Shown one piece after another: positions 1 to 9,084 of a stretch of DNA of 64,000 nucleotides. The DNA is from Thermoplasmatota archaeon (GTDB lineage: Archaea > Thermoplasmatota > JAKEGO01): assembly GCA_028279595.1 (NCBI GenBank), contig JANQNK010000006.1:1-64000 (forward strand). Direction: 5' to 3'. Each line of letters begins with the position of its first letter. Within the stretch, counting starts at the first letter, position 1. Made by a program: the position numbers and the translations under genes. The notes under the pieces were generated by a model that ran no database searches, was not told the origin of the DNA, and was given only the letters and a program-made list of their open reading frames with translations.

Positions 1-2
1 TC

Positions 3-1580
3 AAGTCCGCATTCGCGCTCCTCGGCATGGGTATCTTCATGACCCTCTTATATCCCGGATTCACAACGATGCAGATCAAGCTCATCGCCGTCGGTTTTAT
101 CATCATCTTCACGTTGATCAACCTCCGGGAGGTCAAGCTCGCTGCCAAGCTCCAGGTGGGAATGGTCGTCCTCCTGATCGCGTTGATGGTGGTCTACGTC
201 ATCATCGGTCTGTTCTTCGTAAAAATGAACAGGTTCGACGATTTCGCACCGAAAGGGTACGGCGCCGTGCTCGCGACCACCGGGATGGTGTTCGTCTCCT
301 TCGCCGGAACGACCAAGGTCGCAGCGATAGCCGGCGAGGTCAAGAATCCTGGGAGGAATCTGCCCCTGGGTATGTTCCTCTCCTGGTCGATCGTCTCTAC
401 CCTTTATTTCTTTGTCATCTTCGTTACGGTCGGCGTTACGAATCCCGGTGACCTCTCGAACTCCCTCACACCGATATCCCTTGGCGCCGACGTCACGATG
501 GGCGTCGTCGGGGTCGTAATCCTGAGCATCGCGGCCATACTTGCCTTCGTCTCCACCGGCAACGCCGGGATACTTGCCGCCTCGCGGGATCCAATGGCCA
601 TGTCAAAGGATGGTCTCCTACCCAACTTCTTCGGAGAGGTCTCGGAGCGGGGAACACCCAAGTACTCCATAGTGTTCACATCCGGGTTCATGATACTCGT
701 GGTAATGGCCCTCGACCTAGAGGACTTCGTCAAGACCGCATCGACGCTGATGCTCATACTGTTCATCCTCAACAACCTGGCGATCATCTTCATGCGTGAA
801 GGCAACATCAGGTATTACCATCCGAGATACAAGGCGCCGTTCTATCCGTGGATCCAGTTCATCGGCATTGGCGCCTACACCATCCTGATATTCCAGATGG
901 GGCCCGTGCCGATCATCACCGCAGGCATATTCCTGCTGTTCGGCCTCGGGTGGTACTTCTTCTACGCATACGGGAAGATCAAGAGGGAATACGCTCTCCT
1001 GCACGTCATCGAACGGTTGACAGGGATCAAACACACCAGTCCGAAACTCAATGAGGAGCTGAGGGAGTGCCTGATGGAGAGGGACAACATCTCCGAGAAG
1101 AGGTTCGAGCACAAGCTCAATAGTGCGACCACCCTCGATATGGAGTACTTCGTCTCTCCCTGGGAGCTGTCGCGGATCGTCGCCTCGAAGCTGTCAACGA
1201 ACCTCGATATCCCCGAGGACGAGCTCTACAACCGTCTCGTTCGGAAAGGTATGGATTCGAATATCTTCGTCAATCCGGGATTCGCTGTCATCTCGCTCCA
1301 GATAAAGGGAAGGAACAAGTTCGAGATGGCCTTGATCAAGGCTGAGAAGGGGACATTCTTCTCGAAGGACATGCCCCCCGCCAGAGTGGCATTTGTCGTG
1401 GTATCATCTCCGGACGAGCAGAACTTCTACTACCACTCGCTCATGTGGCTCCTGCAGATAACCGAGTCCATCGAACTGGTCGAGTCCATACCGGAGATCG
1501 AGACCGCCGAGGACCTGAGGGACCTTATGATGGAGTCCTGGAGGAACAGGACCTTCGATTTCGATATGAAGATGGACTGA
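3..1580 (+). CDS. APC-family amino acid permease with C-terminal PTS EIIA-like domain (5' partial)
   Basis: Frame is open from the window start (KSAFALLGMG...). Many TM segments, AGEVKNP and ASR.P.AM..DG.LP APC motifs, soluble C-terminal EIIA-2-like domain. Confidence 0.85.
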   Translation, partial: KSAFALLGMGIFMTLLYPGFTTMQIKLIAVGFIIIFTLINLREVKLAAKLQVGMVVLLIALMVVYVIIGLFFVKMNRFDDFAPKGYGAVLATTGMVFVSFAGTTKVAAIAGEVKNPGRNLPLGMFLSWSIVSTLYFFVIFVTVGVTNPGDLSNSLTPISLGADVTMGVVGVVILSIAAILAFVSTGNAGILAASRDPMAMSKDGLLPNFFGEVSERGTPKYSIVFTSGFMILVVMALDLEDFVKTASTLMLILFILNNLAIIFMREGNIRYYHPRYKAPFYPWIQFIGIGAYTILIFQMGPVPIITAGIFLLFGLGWYFFYAYGKIKREYALLHVIERLTGIKHTSPKLNEELRECLMERDNISEKRFEHKLNSATTLDMEYFVSPWELSRIVASKLSTNLDIPEDELYNRLVRKGMDSNIFVNPGFAVISLQIKGRNKFEMALIKAEKGTFFSKDMPPARVAFVVVSSPDEQNFYYHSLMWLLQITESIELVESIPEIETAEDLRDLMMESWRNRTFDFDMKMD

Positions 1581-1606
1581 TCCAACCGGGGATCGGGGGA
1601 TCCGAC

Positions 1607-2248
1607 CTACTTGATCGTGGTGATATCACCGTAATAATCGGGAAGGAACTCCTGGATGTTCCTGTATTCATCCTTGTCGATCAGGAATTTCCTTATGTCC
1701 CGCTTCTTCCCAAAGAATCCCTTCGTGTCGGGCAATTCGATCGTCAACACATAGTCCCCGAGTCCTCTTTTAACGCTGATGCTGCGGATTTCCGATCTCG
1801 AATGGCTACCGTACTGATCGAACAATTGCTTGATCTGTGCTCCGTGGGTTATTCCATATACCATCTCTCGAAATGATTTTCGTTTACCGAATGTTTTGAC
1901 TGATTTGATTGCCTGAGTGGCGAGACCACCCCGTCCACTCAGGTATGTAGGTACGTGCACGATTATCAATTCTCTCGGTGTGAAATACAGACGATAGTAA
2001 TTGCTGTCGTTCGCCCTTCTCGCCATGTCGACCGTGCCGATGAACTTATCGTTAGGATCCAATGGACCCTGTTGTTGAAATTCCATGTCCATGATCCCGA
2101 CCGCAAATTCGGATATTAGAGGATTTGAATCAGTTGTTGGTCGGTCAATTTGATCGTCCATTTTGAAATTCTGGCGACATATCCAGCAGTAATAGGTGTC
2201 TTTTTTCGGAACATGCTGGACATCACCATCACAGACTGGACATTTCAT
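1607..2248 (-). CDS. Hypothetical protein with N-terminal Zn ribbon and possible PH-like beta domain
   Basis: CPVC...CWIC at the N-terminus; upstream GGTGA RBS; lower GC than neighbouring genes. Confidence 0.65.
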   Translation of the reverse strand: MKCPVCDGDVQHVPKKDTYYCWICRQNFKMDDQIDRPTTDSNPLISEFAVGIMDMEFQQQGPLDPNDKFIGTVDMARRANDSNYYRLYFTPRELIIVHVPTYLSGRGGLATQAIKSVKTFGKRKSFREMVYGITHGAQIKQLFDQYGSHSRSEIRSISVKRGLGDYVLTIELPDTKGFFGKKRDIRKFLIDKDEYRNIQEFLPDYYGDITTIK

Positions 2249-2322
2249 ATATTCACCTTCTGTGTGGATTTCATGGTCCCCACCACTTGAGGAGTAATGG
2301 ACTATGTCTATTTAATCCGTTC

Positions 2323-2355
2323 GAAAAATGAAAAGGAGCGGGGCCGAAGCCCCGC
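2323..2355 (-). terminator. Hairpin plus U-tract terminator after asnA
   Basis: Minus strand reads GCGGGGC-TTCG-GCCCCGC followed by TCCTTTTCATTTTT. Confidence 0.65.
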
Positions 2356-2367
2356 GATTGTCCACGC

Positions 2368-3495
2368 TCACTCGAGAACGTGAATGTTCTTCTTCTCGCA
2401 GATCTCCTTGAGCTGGTTCGGCCATATCGTGACCGAGACCTCTCCGAGGTGCGCCTTCTGGAGGAGGAGCATCTGCGTCCTGGACTGCCCGATACCGCCG
2501 CCGATCGACAGCGGGATCTCGTCGTTCATGATGGCCTGATGGTAGGGCATGTCGAGGTAGTGCATCAGGTCGGATGCCTCGAGCTGCTGGACCAGGGTGT
2601 CCTTCGTCACGCGTATTCCCATCGAGGTGAGCTCGTGGCGCCTCTGGGTGACGTGGTTCCAGACGAGGATGTCGCCGTTGAGGCCGTGCATGGGCCTGCC
2701 GTCGGCGGACGTCGTCGGGGTGATCCAGTCGTCGTAGTCCGCGGCGCGCATCTCGTGCGGGTAGCCGTCGTCCAGGACCCATCCGATCCCGTAGATGAAG
2801 ACAGCGTCCTTCTCCTTGAGGATGGCCGTCTCCCTCTGCTTCCTCGGGAGGTCCGGGTACCTGGCGAGCAGGTCCTCGGCGTGTATGAAGAAGAGCTCCT
2901 CCGGAAGCCTTGGGATCCCGGTATCGTTGAGCTGCGGATACATCTCGCGGACCATCCTGTCGGCGCCCACGAAGACGCTCCATATCCTCTTGACGACGTC
3001 GGTCAGGAACTCGAGGTTCCTGTCCTCCGCGGTGATGACGCGCTCCCAGTCCCACTGGTCGACGTAGGAGCTGTGGTCGTGGTCGAGGAAGTAGTCCTTC
3101 CTGACCGCGCGCATGTCGGTGTTGATCCCCTCTCCGACCTCGCATTCGAACTGGGCAAGGGCCAAGCGCTTCCACTTCGTCGCTGCCTGGACTATCGATG
3201 CGTGGATCGGCTCTGGTATCCCGAGACCGGCATTGAACTCCACCGGAGTCCGTGAGCCGTCACGGTCGAGCATGTCGTTCACACCGCTGTCAACCTCGAC
3301 GATCAGGGGTACCTGGACAAGGAAGAGGTTCAGCTGCTCAGCGAGTCCCTTCTCGATGTACTCCTTCACGGCGTAGACCGCCTTCTGGGTCTCCTTGACG
3401 TCCAGCACCGACGAGTAGTTGTCGGGAAGGATCTTTTCGACTTCTTCGTACGTGCTGATCCCGGGACCAGCCAGATCTGCCTTCTTATCGTTCAT
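2368..3495 (-). CDS. asnA: Aspartate-ammonia ligase (asparagine synthetase A)
   Basis: KWKR, HSSYVDQWDWE, RAADYDDW, LNGDILVW, ELTSMGIRV and SIGGGIGQSR motifs; GGAGG upstream of the ATG at 3495. Confidence 0.92.
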   Translation of the reverse strand: MNDKKADLAGPGISTYEEVEKILPDNYSSVLDVKETQKAVYAVKEYIEKGLAEQLNLFLVQVPLIVEVDSGVNDMLDRDGSRTPVEFNAGLGIPEPIHASIVQAATKWKRLALAQFECEVGEGINTDMRAVRKDYFLDHDHSSYVDQWDWERVITAEDRNLEFLTDVVKRIWSVFVGADRMVREMYPQLNDTGIPRLPEELFFIHAEDLLARYPDLPRKQRETAILKEKDAVFIYGIGWVLDDGYPHEMRAADYDDWITPTTSADGRPMHGLNGDILVWNHVTQRRHELTSMGIRVTKDTLVQQLEASDLMHYLDMPYHQAIMNDEIPLSIGGGIGQSRTQMLLLQKAHLGEVSVTIWPNQLKEICEKKNIHVLE

Positions 3496-3574
3496 CTCAT
3501 CATCCTCCGTTAAACGGGTGTATCGTTGGCACACCGACCCACGAATTTGTATATAAAGGTATTCGAAAACCCCT

Positions 3575-4258
3575 CTAATCGGCCGGCCCCAGTCCCGTTG
3601 CGGTTATCGAGAACCTGGCGCTCTCCCCTTCGGGTCTCGACCTGTGCTTCATGAGGACCGCCTCCCGGACGTTGGGGGAGACCCAGTCGAGCCGAACGAT
3701 CGTCTTCGCATTGTGCCTCAGAACGTATCCGCCCACGGGTTCGAGGATGTCGGTCTCGACGTCGGTGTAGACCTGGTTCGCGATGACCACGGCGACGTTC
3801 TCCTGACGTGCGAGGCTCAGAAGACCGAGTATCTGCGAAAGGAGGTTCTTCCGGAGCGTGTCATCCGAATGATAGTCCAATCTGTAGTACACCGTCGCGG
3901 AATCGAGGATGATCAGTCCGATCTTCGCCTGGCTGCGGGCCAGCCTGACCGCCTTGTCCACGAGCTTCTTCTGCTCCGTCATCGAGAATGGATGGTAGAT
4001 GATGATGTCCTTGAGCAACGATGGGTCCTCGGCCATCTGGCCGAGCCTCTCCGCCGAGATGCCCTCAGTGTCGATGTAGATGACCCTGTGCCCCTTCGCG
4101 GCTGCGCTCAATGCCAGGCTGAGACAGATGTTCGTCTTTCCAGAGCCAGCGCCGCCGTAGAACTCCGTTAAAGTGTCGGTCTCGACCCCTCCGCCGAGCA
4201 GGTCGTCGAGCGGTCCGCACCTTGTCGATAGCCTTGGTATGGTGCTCCCTTCCGACAT
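3575..4258 (-). CDS. radB: DNA repair protein RadB
   Basis: LDDLLGGG, GGAGSGKT, IDTEG, NQVY, C-terminal KHR motif; no RadA N-terminal domain. Confidence 0.9.
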   Translation of the reverse strand: MSEGSTIPRLSTRCGPLDDLLGGGVETDTLTEFYGGAGSGKTNICLSLALSAAAKGHRVIYIDTEGISAERLGQMAEDPSLLKDIIIYHPFSMTEQKKLVDKAVRLARSQAKIGLIILDSATVYYRLDYHSDDTLRKNLLSQILGLLSLARQENVAVVIANQVYTDVETDILEPVGGYVLRHNAKTIVRLDWVSPNVREAVLMKHRSRPEGESARFSITATGLGPAD

Positions 4259-4263
4259 GTCGC

Positions 4264-6867
4264 TCAATCCCCCTTGATGGCATGGAGTTCGCGCTCAATG
4301 ACCGCGCACTCCTCGGGTTTGAGGGTCTTCGGGCTGAGCGGTACCAGGAAGATGATGTCCCGCTCGGAGATGGAGTCCTTCGTCCTACGTATCAGGTTGA
4401 CCACCGGGTCGAAGCCGTGGATGTGGACCAGGTACTCGATGCCGTCGAGCATGATGACGCACCGCTCCTTCTGGTTGATCCGCGACATCAACACCTCCAT
4501 GAGTTCCTCCAGGACGGAGGAGATGGTCCCATCCCCCTCCGACATGTCAGTGAGCCACATGACATCGGCATTCCCGAGGTCGTAGAAGTGCTTCAGCTGT
4601 CTCGGGTTCGTCCTCGAGATCAGCAGTCCCTGGGACTCGCCTATCGCCTGTGTGAAGAGCTTGTATGCCGGGTCCGGCTGGACCACCTCCAGGAGGTACG
4701 AGAATCCCCAGTCGAGTCCCCCCGGCACCACCTGGACTGATGGTTCCGGCTCGGGTTCGGACGGCTTCGGCTTCTTTGCCCTCTTCGGCTGCGGCCTCTC
4801 CATCTTCGCGGGTGTCAGGTAGTCCTTGAGGAGGTCCGTCGCCCTGGCGAGGTCGATGTCCTTCCCCTTCAGAGTGTGTTCGGCGTGGAGCTTCGAGAGC
4901 GCACCCTCCAGCTCCCTGATGCTGAGCCTGATGTTGGATGCTATGAACTCGATGACGTCTGCCTTCAACGGCAGTCCGCGCTCTGCGCTCTTCTTGATGA
5001 GAATGGCCGTTCGAAGCTCCAGCGAAGGATGCTGGATGTCGGCTATGAGGCCTCCCTCGAAGCGGGTCCTGAGCCTCTTCTCGAGGGTGGTCAGCTCCTT
5101 CGGGGGCCTGTCGGATGTTATGACGATCTGCTTACCCTCGGTGTGCATGTTGTTGAATATCTGGAAGAACATCTCCTGGGCCGACTCCTTTCCGGCCAGT
5201 ATCTGGATGTCGTCGATCAACAGGACGTCGGCGTCGTCGTACTTCCTCATCGCTCCGGAGTTCGGCATGCCCATCGATTGGACGACGTCGCTCGTGAACT
5301 CCTCGCTCGTCACGTATATCTGCCGGAGCTCCGGTTCGTTCTTCCTTATCCTGTTGTGGATGGCCCCCAGGAGGTGGGTCTTTCCCAGTCCCGAAGGGCT
5401 GTAGATGAAGAGTGGATTGTATGTCTGGCCCGGCGCCTGGGCCACGGCGAACGCGGCCGCTCTGGTGAACCTGTTGGTCTCGTCAACGACGAATGTGTCG
5501 AACGTGAAGCGCTTGAAGTGGTTGGGCACGGTCCCCTCGCGGAGCCGCGCCTTCGAGGCCTCGCCGAGGATCACGTCGGCCGGGACCTCCGAATCACCGT
5601 CCCCCATGGACCTCATCAGGCTCCGGACCCTCGGGCTCTTCTTCTTCCGAGGCCTGGGTTTTGCCTGTCTCTGCGGTGCCGGCTTCTTCGGTGCCTGCTT
5701 CTTGGCGGGCTTCTTCCTCTTCTTCGAGGGTTTGGCTGGGGGTCTCGCCTTCGGTGGAGCCTTCTTGGGAGCGGGTCGCCTAGCGGCCTGCGGCGGGGGT
5801 GTCCTCACCTTCCTCTTCGGCGCCTGTTTCCTGGCCGGCCTTCGCGTGTCCGGCCTGCTCGCTATCCCCTCGGACGCTGCCTTCAGTCCGAAGTGGTAGA
5901 CCTGTTTCTCGAGACCCGGGATGTTGACGGGATCGTAGGTCCTGTCGAGGAGGTTCTGCTTCTCCCTCTTGTAGGTCTCGGTGTCGATGTCCTCGATGAT
6001 CTTCCTGTGCTCCTTCAGCACGCTGATGTCCCTCTCGAAGAGCTTGAACTCCGTCTTGATTATCTCGATGTTCTCGGTCCGGATCGCGGTCTCGAGCCTG
6101 TCGACGATGTAACCCATGCTCCTCCAGTAGTGCATGAGCGCCTCGAACCTCGACATCTCGCCCCTGTTGTCGCTCTTCCGGGCCTCCTTGCGCCTCATCA
6201 TGATCTTGTTCTCTAGTCCGAGTATCTTCTTCCTGACAACGAGGGTCTTGTTGACGTGTTTCAGTATCTCCTCGATGTCGCCCTTCTCCTCGTCGAACCC
6301 TTCCGCGTCAAGCAGGTACAACCGGTCCCGAAGGTCCTTCATGATCGAGACGTTACGCTCGAAACTGTCGAACTCGGCCCTTATCTGGTCGATATCCGTG
6401 CCGCCGATGACCTCCTCGAGATCGTCGGTGTCCCATCCCTCGCGCCGCCACATGGCAATGCGCTTGTTCATCACGACCATCTCGTTCATCTTCCACAGCT
6501 CGGTGTTGACGAACGAGTCTCTGCCCTCCTTCAGCTTGCCGTCCTCCTCGTCCTCGACGATGGCGTCGAGGTCGTCCACGACATGGAGGTCGATGTTGCA
6601 CGTGTTCGCGTTGGCCTCCTCCAGGATCCTCGTGAACCCGGCATCAGAGGCGTAACGCTTGTCGAAGTTGGCGATAGCCCATGTGGGCCTCCCCTCGCGG
6701 AGGATGACATCGCCCTCGTAGTACTTGTCGAAGTTGTAGAAGTAGACCGCAACGTAGCCTTCGAACGAATCGTTCCTGCATTCCTCGAGAACCGAGAATA
6801 GGCTCTGTTCCTGCGTCGTCGTCGACTTGACGATCTTACCCACCGGGAGCCTTGTCTCCGAGGCCAT
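4264..6867 (-). CDS. Multidomain DnaA/Hda-family AAA+ protein: DUF2226/PATAN-like N-terminus, two helical repeats, K/P/A/R-rich linker, DnaA ATPase, C-terminal DUF835
   Basis: FTFDTFVV..N, YNPLFIYSPSGLGKTHLL, LLIDDIQ, ITSDRPP, RLRTRFEGGL, IRELEGAL; DUF835 signatures LLISRTNP, VMWLT, MLDGIEYL. Confidence 0.85.
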   Translation of the reverse strand: MASETRLPVGKIVKSTTTQEQSLFSVLEECRNDSFEGYVAVYFYNFDKYYEGDVILREGRPTWAIANFDKRYASDAGFTRILEEANANTCNIDLHVVDDLDAIVEDEEDGKLKEGRDSFVNTELWKMNEMVVMNKRIAMWRREGWDTDDLEEVIGGTDIDQIRAEFDSFERNVSIMKDLRDRLYLLDAEGFDEEKGDIEEILKHVNKTLVVRKKILGLENKIMMRRKEARKSDNRGEMSRFEALMHYWRSMGYIVDRLETAIRTENIEIIKTEFKLFERDISVLKEHRKIIEDIDTETYKREKQNLLDRTYDPVNIPGLEKQVYHFGLKAASEGIASRPDTRRPARKQAPKRKVRTPPPQAARRPAPKKAPPKARPPAKPSKKRKKPAKKQAPKKPAPQRQAKPRPRKKKSPRVRSLMRSMGDGDSEVPADVILGEASKARLREGTVPNHFKRFTFDTFVVDETNRFTRAAAFAVAQAPGQTYNPLFIYSPSGLGKTHLLGAIHNRIRKNEPELRQIYVTSEEFTSDVVQSMGMPNSGAMRKYDDADVLLIDDIQILAGKESAQEMFFQIFNNMHTEGKQIVITSDRPPKELTTLEKRLRTRFEGGLIADIQHPSLELRTAILIKKSAERGLPLKADVIEFIASNIRLSIRELEGALSKLHAEHTLKGKDIDLARATDLLKDYLTPAKMERPQPKRAKKPKPSEPEPEPSVQVVPGGLDWGFSYLLEVVQPDPAYKLFTQAIGESQGLLISRTNPRQLKHFYDLGNADVMWLTDMSEGDGTISSVLEELMEVLMSRINQKERCVIMLDGIEYLVHIHGFDPVVNLIRRTKDSISERDIIFLVPLSPKTLKPEECAVIERELHAIKGD

Positions 6868-6957
6868 ACCTCACCCCAATGGCGACACGTGTCATCCGGA
6901 AATCTGTGCAGCCTGCTGGTGGTAATTCCCATGTTGCTATATATATTTATACGGCAG

Positions 6958-7758
6958 TCAGGCCCGTTTTCGGAGCATTTCGAGCCACTCGTCCCTCGCT
7001 GCCATGGCGCAGCAGCCTGGCAGGGCGTCGGGACCGGGAGCCACGGCGCCGTCGAATCCCGCCTCATCGGCCGCCTCCAGGTAGCCCTTTCCACGGGGAT
7101 GCATGCATCCGAGGACGAGCCGGCCTTCGAAGTTCTCCCGCATCCAGCTCATCAGCTCGACCGGCGGTGACCTGAGTCCGGGCAAGGGACCGTCGACCAG
7201 AGCGTTGACGATCAGCGCCTTGGCGCCGAGCTGTGCAGCCATGGAGACCGCTGTGCTCTCTCCGATGATCTCCCCGCGGTGCAGTCCCATCGTCACATGG
7301 GGTACCACCTCGATGCCTGCATCCTGAGCCCGTCTACCGGTCTCCATATAGTCCAAGGGTCTCCTGTCGAGATGGTATAACTCCTGTATCGTCCGGGCGT
7401 CGCCGATCAGATCGATCGATACTATGTCCACCCCGGCTGCGGCCAGTTCCTCTGCCGAGTCCCTCGCCAGGAAACCGGAATGGACGTTGATTATCAGGTC
7501 GGTCATATCGGAGAGTTCTCCGATCGCTGGAAGGTAAGGTCCAATGTCGAGACGTCCCTCGGCGTCGAAGCCGCCGCTTATCAGCATCCCGACCCCATCG
7601 TTCTCCCAGAGGTCCATCCCGAAGGAGAGAAGATCCGCAGGGTCCTCGATGTGCTTCATGCAATCGAGAAAGGTGCCCCTGCAGTGATCGCACATCAGAG
7701 AACATTCCCTGTCGATGGTAATCGCGGGGAACCGGGCTCCCGGCATGAACCGCAGCAT
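6958..7758 (-). CDS. Radical SAM protein (biotin synthase-related, COG1856-like)
   Basis: CSLMCDHC motif plus LISGG, NVHSG, VPHV and LGCM. Confidence 0.8.
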   Translation of the reverse strand: MLRFMPGARFPAITIDRECSLMCDHCRGTFLDCMKHIEDPADLLSFGMDLWENDGVGMLISGGFDAEGRLDIGPYLPAIGELSDMTDLIINVHSGFLARDSAEELAAAGVDIVSIDLIGDARTIQELYHLDRRPLDYMETGRRAQDAGIEVVPHVTMGLHRGEIIGESTAVSMAAQLGAKALIVNALVDGPLPGLRSPPVELMSWMRENFEGRLVLGCMHPRGKGYLEAADEAGFDGAVAPGPDALPGCCAMAARDEWLEMLRKRA

Positions 7759-7763
7759 CGGTC

Positions 7764-7982
7764 CTACTCCATGGGCGTCATGGATATGACGTTGTTCCCG
7801 CGCAGGACGACGGTGCCGAGGCGCCTTCGCTGGTCCTCGGTCCGCTCCTCCGTCTCCTCGAGGACGAGGTTCATGTACTCGTCATAACCCGTGAGGGTTC
7901 CCTCGAGGGTCCTGCCGTCCTTCAGAAGCAGGGACATCTTGCGGTTCAGGGTCTTTTCAAGGACATCTACCGGAAGCGCCAT
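7764..7982 (-). CDS. Sm-like archaeal protein (Lsm)
   Basis: Sm1 motif LKDGR.LEG.L.GYD.YMNLVL and Sm2 motif LRGNNV. Confidence 0.93.
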   Translation of the reverse strand: MALPVDVLEKTLNRKMSLLLKDGRTLEGTLTGYDEYMNLVLEETEERTEDQRRRLGTVVLRGNNVISMTPME

Positions 7983-8133
7983 TGTATCGGCCCACCTATA
8001 TCCGAGTCTCCCTTAAACCTATCGGAGGCACGCGGCCCTCGGGTCCATTTTCAGACTCCCCGGATCCGTCGTCAGGACTATCTTTAAATATCGTCATCCA
8101 TCTCTCGGAGCAGTAACTGGACAGGGACGAACC

Positions 8134-9081
8134 ATGGCTCTGAGCGAACCGAAGGTAAGGCTGACGTATCCGCAGCTCTACATGATGGTATCGCTCATAA
8201 CGTACTTCCTGGCCATCTTCTCCGGGACACTAGAGGGCGAGGCAATATTCTCCGACGACAACATCGAGATCACGGAGTACACGATCCTGTGGGGCGCATT
8301 CCTCGGAGCCGCCATGCTGACGTTCTTCATGGCCTTCAGGCTGTCGTGGACGAACGCGATGTGGTTCGTCGGGGCCTACCTGCTCCAGCTCGCCGGTGTG
8401 ACGCTCTATCTCATCGCGGACGAGCCCGGGACGACGGAGTTCGCCATCTCCGCGTTCGTCGTCTTCCTGTCGTTCGCCCTCCTTTCCACACTTATCTGGA
8501 AGGTCAAGGACATCAGGGACAGCCTTCAGGACGACACCAGGATAGTCATGGAATACGTCCCTCTCGGCCTGTGGGCGATCGAGGTCGTCGTCGCCGGGAC
8601 CTTCCTTCTCGCCTCGTTGATCTCGTTCCAGTTCTGGGTCGAGGAAGGCGGATCGCTCGTCTACTTCCTGCTATACCAGATCATTTTCTACGGCATCGTG
8701 CTCCACTCCTTCGTGGTACCCGAGGAGCTCTTCTACACCCTTGAGAAGAGCGTTCCCGAGGAGATGAGGAAATCACTCCTCGAGAGGCGCACCTCACGTA
8801 CGGTCCAGAAGACCTCCGTAAAGGCGACCCCTGTGGACAACTGCCCTCTCTGCGGCCAGGACCTGAACAAGGAGAAGAGGAAGTGCGGCACCTGCGGAGA
8901 GGTGTTCGAGTTCCGATGGTGCGGCAACAGCGAGGAGTACATCATCACATGCCCGTACTGCAACCTCCAGACCCCCTACGGCAGGGAGAAGTGCATCCAC
9001 TGCGAGCGTGCCATTCAGACCTCGATAAGATGTCCATCCTGCTCCACCGAGGTGCCCCTCAGCGAGTGGCACGAGGCGTGA
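8134..9081 (+). CDS. Membrane protein (about 6 TM) with C-terminal multi zinc-ribbon region
   Basis: Hydrophobic N-terminal 200 aa; CxxC pairs CPLC, CGTC, CPYC, CIHC, CPSC. Confidence 0.75.
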   Translation: MALSEPKVRLTYPQLYMMVSLITYFLAIFSGTLEGEAIFSDDNIEITEYTILWGAFLGAAMLTFFMAFRLSWTNAMWFVGAYLLQLAGVTLYLIADEPGTTEFAISAFVVFLSFALLSTLIWKVKDIRDSLQDDTRIVMEYVPLGLWAIEVVVAGTFLLASLISFQFWVEEGGSLVYFLLYQIIFYGIVLHSFVVPEELFYTLEKSVPEEMRKSLLERRTSRTVQKTSVKATPVDNCPLCGQDLNKEKRKCGTCGEVFEFRWCGNSEEYIITCPYCNLQTPYGREKCIHCERAIQTSIRCPSCSTEVPLSEWHEA

Positions 9082-9084
9082 TCC

